From: Phoronis australis
Lineage: Eukaryota; Animalia; Phoronida
Reading direction: 5' to 3'
DNA length: 64,000 nt
Assembly (NCBI GenBank): GCA_002633005.1
Contig: NMRA01000451.1
Span: forward strand, 104,892 to 168,891
Under the pieces are notes generated by a model that saw only the letters and a program-made list of their open reading frames with translations, was not told the origin of the DNA and ran no database searches. A program made the translations under genes and the position numbers. Below, in pieces: positions 1 through 12,149 of this stretch (position 1 is the stretch's first letter; each line of letters begins with the position of its first letter).

Positions 1-2855
1 GAATCTTCATATGTACTTTCGCCTTTCAACAGCTTTCAGAAGATCTAGCATTGGCGAGAAGTGGTGTTTTGTGCTGGAAACTGTCAATTTTGTGATTTTG
101 CCACCAATTTCGGAACATAATTTGGGAAATAAAAGGACCAAAAATATAAGCTATTGTGGTTATGTGTAGTAGTTTTGAGGTGAAACGTCTCTCATTGTTT
201 CATTTTGTTCATACAGTTTTCGACAGAGTGGAAGAAAGACAGCGGTCGGTAGTAGCCTGTACACAGCCAAGCAAAATCCAATGCGAAGTGCACAGTGCAT
301 CCTAAATCTGTATATTTGAGACGTTGTCGGCTCTGAGGTTATCGGTATATTTGTAGTAGCAGGCATGTTCAAACACAAACGTAAGAATCAAATTATTACT
401 ACTGCACTTGAGTTTCCTCTGATCTCAACGGGAAATGTAATGAAAAGAAAATTGCGCACTGAGTTGAACTGACCAATTCATTTCCAAAAAGTCGCTTGAT
501 TACAACGTAGTGAGGCTCTAAACGATTCACCATCAACAACGCAGAATCAACAGATATAGCAATTGCCATTGACCGAAAAATGTAACAAAATATTGGCGGA
601 CCTCAAATGTAAAAAAATCCCAAAAATAGACATTGCATTTACGGTTGAACTCGCCAGCCACCTTAACCCCTTGTGCAGTTGTTGTATTTGCTGTCTAAGC
701 AGAAGTACTGTTTCAAGACTTCAAAAAAACAATGGTGGCTGTGTGGTGTCGTCACGATTAAATATCTGGTGTCGCGAATCGTATTAAAACTCCAATCGAA
801 AGCCGTGCTACCAGCTTAATGGACATTTTTACGCTTAGGGGACTGTGGTATATACCTAGTCCTCGTATCTGTTGATTCCAGTGCAATTGTACGTTATCTG
901 CTTGAAATTGCGTGGCTGACGGAAGTCCCACAATCCATTGCAGATATCCCACAGATATCCTAACACTCTTTAATCGTAAAAAGTCGAGAATGCAATTGTT
1001 GTTCGCTATCAATTAGACAAAAAATGTGCAAATGCCACAAACTTGTTTCCTTTTATTACCATACGTTCAGAGATACAATGTCGAACAGTAAGATAGTGAT
1101 TAGAGTTATACATAATACATAACACACCGATTAATACGTGGATAACACTGAAGTGGCAAATCCCGTGGTTTCATTTAGGAAACATTAAGATTAAATTTGC
1201 CAATAACACGGTAATTCCTAACATCAGGGCTGAGTTGCATAAAGCTTCAAAAGTTATCGCTGGATAAGTTGGATTGTTACATGAAGCCAGGTGCATTGTT
1301 CGGCAATAAAAGCGTGACACGTGATAGTGCGACGTTATTGTTTCTATACGGCGTACAACTTTTTAGCAACTGGGACTAGCTGTAAAATGCAATCTAGATT
1401 GTGTCTACAAATTCATACAATGTAGAATTTATATGTTAAAACTACTCCCCGGACGATATTACAGCCCAAAGGTCGTGAGGTCGCACTTCTTCTGTGTAGT
1501 CGGTTGTCGTCATCATTTGTTAAAATGCATTGCACTTAAAATACACAGATACGCTAGTAAAAAGATTACAACATTGAACAGTGACAACTCGAGGAAGGAA
1601 AGTTTTCATTATTTTTTACTTTACAAAATAAAATTCCCCAAATATGTTTATCAGTACATAATATTTCTTCACAACTTCCTGGCCTTCAGCCCATATAGTA
1701 TACAGTAGATTTTTTATTTCTTCAAAAGTACACAGTTGCTTTGTACTAACATGGAAAATATGAAAAAAATATATTTTAATAAGCTACCCTGAAAATCATT
1801 TCTTTACAGAACAAACTTTTTAAATTTAAACAATGGTGACACATGCGAGTCTTTTCCTAAAGGCTATGTTCTCAAGTTTAGGGCAGAATTGATTAAACAC
1901 ACGACTCTTTTTGTTATTGACAGTATTTATTCCGTTTCGTTCATATGTTAGGAATAAAACTCCACACTCAACGGAACATCGATGAATTAACTGACCAAGA
2001 GACATGATTAAAAGGTACACGATATTTCGAAACATACTTGTTTCATTCTCAAGTGGAAATAAAATGACGCAGTGATGCCACCACAGAGCATACATGTAAG
2101 CTGGAGACATATACATTGGAACACGGCAGCTGTGAAGTGCTGTAAAGAATGAAAAATGAAGGGGGTAACAGGAAAGTCACGCAAACAAGTGTAATGTGTA
2201 ATTGAGCTCTAAAACGAGGTTATGCTTTGGACGAAAGAATTAGGTGTTTTAATTTTAAAATTCAACTTGGTCGAGATTGATATTTGAAAAATATAACACA
2301 TGAAATAGACGTAATTATTAAAACCAAGAAAGCAGAATTGATGGTCATATAATTTTTATTTTCAAATTGCGAGCCTGTTTTTTATCGTAATCAAAATATA
2401 TATTTAATAGCATCAAGTATTATTTCAGATCAATGACAAATCAACAGTTAGTCCCGGTAGTGCCTATCTCACCAGGACCTAGGCTATACTTGAAACTTCT
2501 AATAGGCCTACTCTTGATCAACAAATTAAACCAGATTTGACTAATTGCACATGATAGCAAAATGCTATGAGCCACCTATGTCGAATATATCTTCAACTCG
2601 TCAACAATACGACCTGGTTCGTGTAGAAAGCATTTTTATCAAGAATTTATTAGAAGAAACGTAACCCTGCCTTCAGCATGATACCTAATCCGTAACACTA
2701 CGATCGCCGCAATTTGGTCATGTTTACTTTTCATGTTTCGAACCTAGTTTTCCGGAAAAAAAATTATACCCAGTCGTCAGACAACTCTTTGGTGCATTGA
2801 CTTGTTTTTTAACTGTAATTTTCTACGTCTCTGTGGTTAATTATTGACACATTTT

Positions 2856-5693
2856 TTAAGATTTAATATTCAGGTTTGACTCCAAAGACAGCCCATTTAA
2901 CTCATTTCCGCTTTGTTTATCGCAGTGATCCTCGCTTTGGATTTTAATGTCCGCCGCGTGAATTGAGTCTATTACAACAGTAAGCAACACTAACAGTACG
3001 CAATGTGAGCTGTAAGTGGCGCGACCATCACTCGAAGAGCTCGTTCCTTCAACAGATGAATTGAATGAAAATGATATATTGTTGTAGTGCGACTTAAAGC
3101 CAACCAGGTTAATTGCCGAACAGGTGTACATTCCGTTTATGAAGCGATCAACGGGAAAAGTGAGTGATGCAACCGTTCTGAGATCGGACGCGTTAGTAGA
3201 AGGTAAAGAAGTTGTCAACTTTTGTAATGGGTTGTACAGTGAGATTGCTGGCGAGGGGTCACCGCTTGAAACGCATTGGATGGTTACGTCTGTTTTGGTG
3301 ACTAGGACATCTATTTCAGGTTTGGAGGGTTGTTGGCACGTCATGTTGACGTCCAGAAAAGATTGCAGGATTGGTTTGTTTTCTACAGGGGAAGAACATC
3401 GCGGAATGTCATAGCTGTAATGATTTTCTACCTGATGCCTGGCGCTCAGCTTCACCCATTGCTGCAGGTGGACGAGACGGCAATTACAGTGAAGAGGATT
3501 TTTGGCAACGTGGAAAACCAAAAGGTTATTGGTTATTAGTCTGTCTATAATGGGCTGTGGCAGAGTAGTTAGTCGGTTGTCACTGATGTCCAGTATTCTC
3601 AGTGTGGACATTCTAGAAATGGCCAACGGTTCAATAACTTCAATACGGTTGTTATTAAGAGTCAACACTTGCAATTCAGTAAGTGGTCCGAAAACGTCTT
3701 CTTTGATCTCTCGAATACTATTGCTGGATAAATCGAGAAACCTAAGAAATAACAGGTTGTCAAATGTCCCTTGGTGTAACTTTTCGATTTTTGAGTCGCT
3801 TATGTTTAGGTTTTCTAAAAATCCTAAGCCGGAAAACATGCTCTTGGTACACTGCAGTATGGAGTTGTGGTTAATACTTAGCACCGCAGCATTAAGTGTA
3901 GGGTCAAAGCTACCATCTTCTATTTTTGATATCCTGTTGAAATTCAGCATAATAAAACTAAGGGAACTTCCGTTAAAAACGCCGGGAATTATCTTCTTTA
4001 TCAAATTGTTGTCAAGGTCGATGGTCGTGAGCAAATTTAATGGTTCGAAAGTCCCTCGTTCAATCTTTGCAATCCTGTTATTTTTCACCACAAGAATACG
4101 CAATGACGAAAGTCCAGCTAACATTTTTCCCGACAGTCGCGTAAGATTATTTCGTGAAAGATCTAACGACTCAAGTTTACCGCAAAGTTTGAATGGCTGG
4201 TCGTCAAGGCGTGTAATACCGCTGTTTCTTAATTCAAGACTTCGTAGATTGGCAAGGTGTAATGGAAGTGATGCCGATATAATGCCCCTTTCACACTTAA
4301 TTTTCATCGCCAATATGAGTACGTTCTTTAACGATATCGTGTGTTGAATATCATCAACTCGCCTAAGATCGACATTAAGTTTCCGAGCTTGAGGAGACCA
4401 TGTTCCTGAAATGTATGTGATTGGATTAGCATCGATGTCTAGGAAATCCAAACTCTGTGATCCACGCAGTGTGTTAGGCTTGAAATGTACAATATTGTTA
4501 CCTTGTAGGTAAAGTCTCCTCAAACGCCCCAAATTCGCGAAGGAAAATTCCTCTATGATGGCAATTTTGTTACCAGTCAACCGCAACTCTTCAAGTCCAA
4601 ACAAGCCGCGAAAAGCTCTACTCGTGATAATTGTTAAAGAGTTGTTCTGGAGAGACAGGAAACGGAGGCGAGATGCTAGCTGAAATGTGGCGTCCTCAAT
4701 AATTTCTATTTGGTTGTTTTCAATAGCCGCCGACACCAATGTTTCACTACATTGAAACATGCCTTTAGTCAAATTTCGAAGAAGGTTGTCAGAAATATAA
4801 ATTCGTGTTACCGCTGGCATTCGGCAAAAGGTTCCAGTGTGGATACTGGAAAGTTTATTTGAATTTAGCTTAAGATGAGACAGTGACTTGTAAAAATCAA
4901 GTTGCCATCCTGAGAGCTCGTGCAAGTCATTCGAACTCACATCCAAAACGCGTATGGATTCTGGGATTGTCCATGTTTGGACTGTGCTCAGTTTGTTGCC
5001 ATGAAAATGTAAATTGGCCAGTTGACCCAGATCCTCAAAAACACCTTCGTCAATATGAGATATTTTATTACTCTCCATTTTCAGTGATTTTAATGCCGGT
5101 AGTTGTCGAAATGTTCCGTTAACCAATCTTGATATGCAGTTTCCCGAGAGATCGAGGGTGGTCAAGTTGTACAATTTACTCGCAAAAGTCTCTCCATCCA
5201 GAGCAGTTATTTTGTTGTGATTTAGTTCCAAGTAGACCAACTTCGGTGCTGACGCGAAGGCACCGCTTGGTAAATCACATATCTTGTTTCCACTGATACG
5301 TAAATACTTTAGCTTAAACAAGCCAGCAAACGTTGTCTTCGTTATGCTAGTGATTCTGTTGAACTCAAGAAAAAGACCTGTCAATTCACCCATGGTAAGG
5401 AAAAGGTTGTCAGCGATACTAGTCAGCTTGTTGTATCCCAGTAATAAGCTGGTGACGTTAGACGCTGACGCAAACGTGTTTGGTAAGATACGCCTGATGC
5501 CGCATTTCTTTAACACAAAAACTTCTTGTGATAGCCTTGCTACCGCTGGAAGATCGTCTCGAGACAACACACCGTCACTATCGTCAATGTTCAAGGGACA
5601 CATTACGCGAACGGCGTAAGCAAGCCAAACTTTGAAGACGAGACTTGCTAGCACTAGTTTCATGGTTGGTCGAGTGCCGTGTGAATCTAACAT
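2856..5693 (-). CDS. Intronless leucine-rich-repeat + Ig-domain cell-surface or secreted protein (LIG/LRIG/LINGO-like architecture), 945 aa
   Basis: Uninterrupted ORF. Hydrophobic N-terminal signal (MKLVLASLVFKVWLAYA), more than 20 LxxLxLxxNxI repeats, LRRCT cap (NPLHCNCRL...C), Ig-like domain (VTIQCVSSGDPSP...GMYTCSAINLVG), Ser-rich linker and short hydrophobic segment (HCVLLVLLTVVI). Confidence 0.93.
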   Translation of the reverse strand: MLDSHGTRPTMKLVLASLVFKVWLAYAVRVMCPLNIDDSDGVLSRDDLPAVARLSQEVFVLKKCGIRRILPNTFASASNVTSLLLGYNKLTSIADNLFLTMGELTGLFLEFNRITSITKTTFAGLFKLKYLRISGNKICDLPSGAFASAPKLVYLELNHNKITALDGETFASKLYNLTTLDLSGNCISRLVNGTFRQLPALKSLKMESNKISHIDEGVFEDLGQLANLHFHGNKLSTVQTWTIPESIRVLDVSSNDLHELSGWQLDFYKSLSHLKLNSNKLSSIHTGTFCRMPAVTRIYISDNLLRNLTKGMFQCSETLVSAAIENNQIEIIEDATFQLASRLRFLSLQNNSLTIITSRAFRGLFGLEELRLTGNKIAIIEEFSFANLGRLRRLYLQGNNIVHFKPNTLRGSQSLDFLDIDANPITYISGTWSPQARKLNVDLRRVDDIQHTISLKNVLILAMKIKCERGIISASLPLHLANLRSLELRNSGITRLDDQPFKLCGKLESLDLSRNNLTRLSGKMLAGLSSLRILVVKNNRIAKIERGTFEPLNLLTTIDLDNNLIKKIIPGVFNGSSLSFIMLNFNRISKIEDGSFDPTLNAAVLSINHNSILQCTKSMFSGLGFLENLNISDSKIEKLHQGTFDNLLFLRFLDLSSNSIREIKEDVFGPLTELQVLTLNNNRIEVIEPLAISRMSTLRILDISDNRLTTLPQPIIDRLITNNLLVFHVAKNPLHCNCRLVHLQQWVKLSARHQVENHYSYDIPRCSSPVENKPILQSFLDVNMTCQQPSKPEIDVLVTKTDVTIQCVSSGDPSPAISLYNPLQKLTTSLPSTNASDLRTVASLTFPVDRFINGMYTCSAINLVGFKSHYNNISFSFNSSVEGTSSSSDGRATYSSHCVLLVLLTVVIDSIHAADIKIQSEDHCDKQSGNELNGLSLESNLNIKS

Positions 5694-6267
5694 GGAGTGT
5701 TGCAGTTTATATTATGTAGTTGTCTTCAGTGTGAAAAACATGCTTAGCACTCGCACTCAGTCACACAAAACTTGATAAATCACCTTCTTATTATATATTG
5801 ACTACAAAGTTATGTTAGAAACAAGTAAGAAAAAGACACAATCGACTAAAACTGTAATTGGTCACTGTTTGGGGAATTACCAAGAGCACAGTATTTATAT
5901 TGTTCAAGTTTCTACATATTGCGCTGTGGCCGAACTTGGAAGTCCATTGCTTCCAGATATAGTGCTTTGCGATTTCTGGGTTTGTCATTATTTCCTTGTA
6001 TACTCCGTGTAATTTCCATAAAACCTTTAAACACAAAAAAGCTGTCTCCCGCCTACTACTCATATGACGATTGCTACCAAGGCTTCACGCCTGAACCTTG
6101 TAAATAGTTGTTAGGGGCAGTTGCCTCTCCCCGCCTCTTCTTGCAGCAAATATAACAGTTGCGACTCCGAACATAAAACTGCTGTTCCATTGAGTAGTCG
6201 AAAATGGACAGTTTTGAAGCAGAATCTGTGGAATGGAAATCAGAAGAAATTCCCGGTGTGGGGGCAA

Positions 6268-6288
6268 ACTACTACTACTACTACTACT
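6268..6288. repeat. (ACT)n microsatellite
   Basis: actactactactactactact seen directly. Confidence 0.85.
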
Positions 6289-7212
6289 TGAGTGTGATAG
6301 TGCTTACAAAATCATTCCTGTTTGTTCTTAAGGAACCATGAAAAAGCTAGCTCGGTTGTACTGTATTTTGCTTCCTTATGGGCCTTCCTTAAAACAGTAC
6401 TAATCAGTCCTCAACAATCTTGCTTTACATGTATTTTGAAAGATGTAATGATGCAATACAGGCCCGTAGCAAGCAATGAGTGGGGTGGTTCGAATTTCTA
6501 GAACGGTGGACCTTCGATAATTCGCAAACGTCGAAACTATTACGATAATACCCTTGACGCAGCATATAACGACGACTCACAACTCTATGTTCCTGAGATG
6601 CGACGGAATTTGTAATACCATAAATGAGGATGCTGTGACGGTTGCTCACAAAGAACGGGAGTTGAATTCTGATTTAATGTGGTCTAGAAAGAGAACGTTC
6701 TCGCGTTACCTCCTGTCAAAATTTCGAATCAGGCGTGCTTAAGTGAGTGATTACACCTCATTACAAACTCCGATTGAAATATGAAGTCGGAGATTGAAAT
6801 TGTTTATCTGGTTGTATTATTACATGTTACTTAACTTGCTTACATCGCTGGAAGGTTCACTACTTTGAAGGTTCACTGCTCCGAATATCTACATTTTCGG
6901 ACACAGGTGTAATTTTTATATTTTTCATGCAAAAAAAAACGATACTTCGGTTATTAGATGCACTGAGTAAAGTACCTGTACCGAAAACAATACCCGGGTA
7001 CTAAAAAAACTTTGTTTGGGTTTCATGCGCATGCGAAATTGCCTGCATGTCTTACGAATACACCTGTACGTAAAAATGAGTATGTGTAAAAGAATATGAA
7101 GTAAGAATATTGATGAATTATAAACCACGTATGCTATTTTATTGATTTTTGCGTTCACGGGTGTAAAAAGGCAGAGAGCTAGTACCCAAAGAGCACGGGA
7201 GTTATACAGCAC

Positions 7213-7725
7213 AATGGGGTGGCTCTGAAATCAGCATGAAGGTCTCAAAAAATGATTGTTTTTGAGTGATGCGTTCAATGACGGCATGAAAACTGGTTAG
7301 AAAAGCGATCCAGTGGTGTGTTCTCAACAAAGGAGAACTTCAAAAAGGCAATGGCCTGATGCGGTTTGCACCAGGAGCCAGAATGCCTCTCATCAAAGCA
7401 AATCTGAAACTTCTTTACAAGACTTGTGATTCAGCAGAAGCACAGAGCATACAGCTGAGACTCTGATGAAGATAATGCCACTGTTGCACAGGCAATCAAA
7501 ATTGCTGAGATGCGTGCTTGTGTGTTTGACCTAATGGTGGTTTTCCACCCTATAAGGTTTCAGAACTTTGATTTGTGTCATCTGTCACAAGTTGGAGGTA
7601 GCAGACTTACAGGCTGCTTGCCAGTATTTGGGTGTCACTGTTCCTTCACAGTTGAAATGGAAGTACAAGTCATAATCATATGACTAAAGTTGGAATGTCT
7701 TGAGCAATGTCCATGTAGATCATAA
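7213..7725 (+). pseudogene. Degraded C-terminal fragment of a DNA-transposon protein (tentatively Sola3-like)
   Basis: Frameshifted translation gives MG/WALKS, DAFNDGMKTG*KSDP, KQI*NFFTRL, HPI..(N)FDLC and a terminal CPC. This motif series is recalled from invertebrate transposase C-termini; the family is uncertain. Confidence 0.4.
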
Positions 7726-8278
7726 TCATCAGTGTTTCTGTATTCTTATTGTACACCTTATGCTGTATCTATTACTATGAGGTTATTTATCAAGTGAGTT
7801 TGATTCCATGATATTTTCTGTAAATTACTTCTCACGCCTAGAATGTCGTTTCCAGGTTATTTCTATACATCAATATACACTGCAAGCCAAAAGTATCCAG
7901 ACAAAATAACTGGAATTTCTTGCCATGACAGCTGGGGCAAAAGTAACATTTGTCAACAAAGTGGTCTTTCTTTGTGACTGAGAATGGAGGGGAAACAGGA
8001 AAGCTAGTGTGGTGGCTTAATTACTCTGTAATTAGCCGTCGTTATAGTTATTACCAGTCATTTTGCATTAACAGGACTAGCCGCAACGGGACAAAGATTA
8101 TATTGTCAAATTACTTTTGCCTTGTTCTTTGTACCCATTACGCTGTCATCCCTGTCTTTGTGTGGCACTTGCTGCTGCATCTACAAAACCTTGGTGAATG
8201 TGAAATTTTACAGTTGGGTTGATTCACGGGAACTGTGGGATGTATTTGACTACCACTTTGCCCCAGTGGCAACTTTAC

Positions 8279-9500
8279 TTTTTGATGCGCCCACATATTT
8301 ACATGTGGACGCATTGTGCCGTCATCTGAGTCCGTCCGTGGTCCTGCGTCCGGCGCACGTCGTCCGCTGCTCTGTCTCCAAAACCGTTTGACGTATGTTC
8401 ATGAAATTTTGCACGTGTTTCTTTCGTTGATGGGACGGCATGAGCGAACTTTCGGACGGATCCGACTACCGGTGTGCTTCCTAGTGGCAATTTTAGTTTT
8501 TTACGTTTACCTCTGTATCTTCAAATGTCCTAGACGTATTTTCATAAAATTTAGTATATAGGCATTTATTAGTAAGACGACGGCATCCTGCCGTTTTCGG
8601 ATGGATTCGACGTAGTTTGCGCCACCTAGTGGCCATTTTTACTGTTTTGGAGTATGTTTTTTGACGTGCACCCCTCTATCAACCAAACCACTCTAAGTAT
8701 GATTGTGAAAATTGACATGTATGTTCTTACTATGAAGAGGACGGCGGACGATGATTTTCCGACGACTTCGACAACTGTGGTGCCTCCTAGTGGTGGTTTT
8801 GTTGTTTTGCACCTTTGCCTATATCTCCTAAACCGTTTGCAGAATCTTTACTAAATTTAGTAATTGCATTTATAAGAAGTTGACTGTAGACGACGACGAC
8901 ATTCGGACAGATCGGACAACTGGTGTGCCATCTAGTGGCAATTTTATTTTTTTAGGTTTACCTCTGTATCTTCAAATGTCCTCAATGTAATTTCATAAAA
9001 TTTGGCTTACAGACTTCTGTTAGTGACGTGACGCTTTCCCTATTCAGATGGATTTGACCTAGTTTGCGCCACCTAGTGGCCATTTTTACTGTTTTTGAAT
9101 CTGTTTTTTGCCGTCCACTCCTCTATCAAGCAAACCGCTTTCAGGATAATTGTGAAAATTTGCATGTATGTTTTTATTATGAAGTGGATCACTGACGATG
9201 ATTTTCCGATGACTTCAACTACTGTGGCGCCTCCTAGTTACAGTTTCTTTTATTTTTTCGCCCATGGCTGTATTTCCTAAACCGTATGCAGGATTTTTAC
9301 TAAATTTAAGAAGTGTGTTTATATGATGTTGACAACGGTCGACGATGATTTTGGGATGGATCTGACTACTCGTATGCCCCTTGTTGGCAATTTTAGTTTT
9401 TACGTTTACCTCTGTATCTTCAAAGGACCTCTGTCAACAGATTTTCATAAAATTTTGAATAAGGACATCTATTGGTGAGATGACGCTATCCTCCCGTTTT
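8279..9500 (+). mobile_element. Helentron-associated non-autonomous element (HINE/DINE-1-like) with internal tandem repeat array
   Basis: T-run, then 5' hairpin atgcgcccacat/atgtggacgcat (8285-8314), a GTCC-rich microsatellite-like tract, and about 150-bp subunits forming an about 447-bp higher-order repeat (8480 ~ 8930 ~ 9380; 8610 ~ 9060). The 3' end is not evident. Confidence 0.7.
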
Positions 9501-10689
9501 CAAATGAAAAGCTTTGTTTCATTTTATTCCACACAACCACTAATTTTAATTAGTATTTAAAATTACTGAACATTTTACGCCCGCCATATTATATACAGAT
9601 TAATTTTCTGGGCTTATTCTCGGTATCACTATAATTGTATTGTCTTATACACGTATTTTGAAATAGAAAAATATCTTAGGTGCCACTTGGTTGCTTGCTG
9701 GGCTGCCTGAAGACACGGCTGGGTAGCTTGATGTGCATGTCTTCCGTGATCTTTCTTTTGGTTCAGGCTATTTAGCCGTCAATTGTCCGAATGTTATTCT
9801 ACTGTTGTTTAGTCCACATGTGCTCTGCTGCTCCTGGTGAGCTATTGCCTTATCTGAAACATTTCTTGTGTTCCGATATACGCCGTATAACACATTTCCC
9901 TCAAAGATTAGTTGGTATTGTAGTAGTTAGAGTGCTGATTGCTACTCTAAAGGATCATTAGAACAATCCCACCTTCTGCCGAGAAAAAGGAAAAGGCATC
10001 TGTGTTCATTGTTTTTAGAACGCTATAACATTTGAAGATGGCCAGAGAAATGACCGATCAAAACGTCCAGACAAGCTAAAAAGGGCCAGAGGTTGGCGTA
10101 CACAAACCAGTATATTTTAGAAAAGATGCTACTACATAATCACCCCCCAAGTAGTATTAGAAAAACAGTGTCACAGGTGTTCTGCATTAAGTACAACTAG
10201 TTTTTAAACAGCTACAGACTTTGCGCATTTTAGATACAAGGTGTGAGTGACTTTTTAAATGTAGTGCTTCTAAACTTAGGAGAATTTTGTGGTCGAATAT
10301 ACATTTACCCATACGCGTTGAATCACTGGAGTGGAATACGGCCATGTAATAACATTTTCCGTATTCACCTCCCGTACTATTTTAACACTGACCTCTGTAC
10401 TCAAAAATGGAAAGTACAAAAGTAGGTTAATGTGGACCCACGAGTCGGTAACCACTTCTATCTTCAAACTTCTCCAAAATAGTTTTAAGTAATTAAACTG
10501 CAGCAGTATACATGTAAATAACACTTAACATCCAATCAGGTCCCAAATATAACATCTGGTACAAAACTGTTCATTATATGACACTTTTGTCTGCGTTTTA
10601 TTTGCTGAAATTTAGCGACTCAGACGCTGTAAGTACGGAAGCCCCCTCGCAACATAAATAATAATTTTCATTCTAGGAGTGGTCAATTT

Positions 10690-11780
10690 AAAATACGCGG
10701 ATCAAGAAATACAGGAGTTGTTTGAATTAGAAGAACAGGAGTTGCAACACGAAAAGCAAAAGATTTCAATAACCGGAAAAACAATGAAAACGTAGTGGGC
10801 TTTCTAACTGCATTGGCAAAGCTCGATGGATCATCATATGAGCAGGACACACTAACATCTTTTCACACGACCATTGAGAAACACCTGAAAGAAATTGGCT
10901 ACCCAGTCACTATGGTAGACAATCCAACTATAATCAGACTGTCCAAATACGTGCATTTTGCTCGTCGGCGTGACTTGACAACAAGGAAAGAAAAAACACG
11001 GCGCAATTACTGACAGATGACAAGGAAGAGCTGTTGTGGGGTGCCGGTCAACTTGAGAAACGTTCACCGTAAGCACTTCTCAACAGTGTATGCAGTGGTG
11101 GATTTAGAGGGGGGCCATGGCCCCCCTAAAATTCTCCCAGTTTACATTTGTCAGATGGGGGGTGCAAATGTCTGACTGGCAAAACCCTGGTTAATACTCT
11201 GCCATGGCGCCCCCTAACTCAAAATCCTGGATCCGCCCCTGGTATGGTTCATAAATACCAAACCGTTAAGTTTCCGGGGTTCACATAAAAGCCGCCATAT
11301 TCAGTGGGCAAACATACAGTGGCTTGAAGACGAATCTGGCAACCAATAACTAGAGTTCAAGGAAAGGGAAATGAAAACAAGGTTCGGCACTGGTAGCGAC
11401 ATTAGACCATTTAATCCAAAACCATTTGCCCATCCATCAGATCCGTCAAGGTGCTCCGTTACTATTTACACAGCCTACCGATCATGAAGACCACCAAAAG
11501 CCTACCGATCATGAAGACCCCCACCTTTCTATCTCAGCATCAACCACTGCAGAACCCTCAACTCCGAAATAATGTATAAGGATCAATCCCTGGTCAAAAA
11601 CAATAGCTTTTTCGTGAAAAAATGGCACAAAGAGCAGACTTCCCTGGTAAAAAAAAAACAACTACAGCGTAAGGCGAACCATGTGCACAAAACTCCTTCA
11701 TGAAGGCATATCACCTATCACAATCATGCAGCTCAGTAGATACAAAAATAGTAAGTTTGAACAACTATGTATCAGCTCCA
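10690..11780 (+). pseudogene. Decayed Crypton-type tyrosine recombinase (DUF3504, ZMYM/QRICH1/KCTD1-related)
   Basis: Motifs across frameshifts: KLDGSSYEQDTL...KHLKEIGY; LLNSVWFINTK; EFKEREMKTR; RPFNPKPF; PPFYLSIN; NYSVRRTMCTKLLHEGISPITIMQLSRYKN (cf. TNHSxR...QLSGHKN). Confidence 0.8.
11093..11241. mobile_element. 149-bp MITE inserted in the Crypton ORF
   Basis: Imperfect TIRs CAGTGGTGGATTTAG / CTGGATCCGCCCCTG and a 5-bp TSD GTATG (11088-11092, 11242-11246). Removing it restores the LNSVWFINTK frame. Confidence 0.85.
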
Positions 11781-12149
11781 ACGACACAGTAGAGCAAGGT
11801 CCAACATTCTGCAAACTAAGCCCCCATACAAGTGAAAAAATCACGTTCAAAGCCAAACGGTCAGTGGTGATGACACTAGCACCCGATACTATCGGCGACA
11901 GTATTACACGAGAAGCAGCAACGACCGTCCCAGCAACATTTGAACCTATCCAGGCTACAGAATCCATAGAAATGCGACAACGCACTTGAAACAATGCTAC
12001 AAGAGACATATTTGCCGGAGCTGTCATCAAATGTGGCACTTTTGACAACTTAGTGAAAACAGACTACGCGTAGGCTGCGGCGCTCAGGTCAATGACCAAG
12101 TTTTAAGAATGGGTGTAGCTACCACATGAGGATTTCACAATGTTATAGG

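Noticed and set aside
3502-4347. 281-aa plus-strand ORF (and other short plus-strand ORFs in 3124-5619)
   Set aside because: Antisense shadow of the LRR coding sequence with no independent domain signal.
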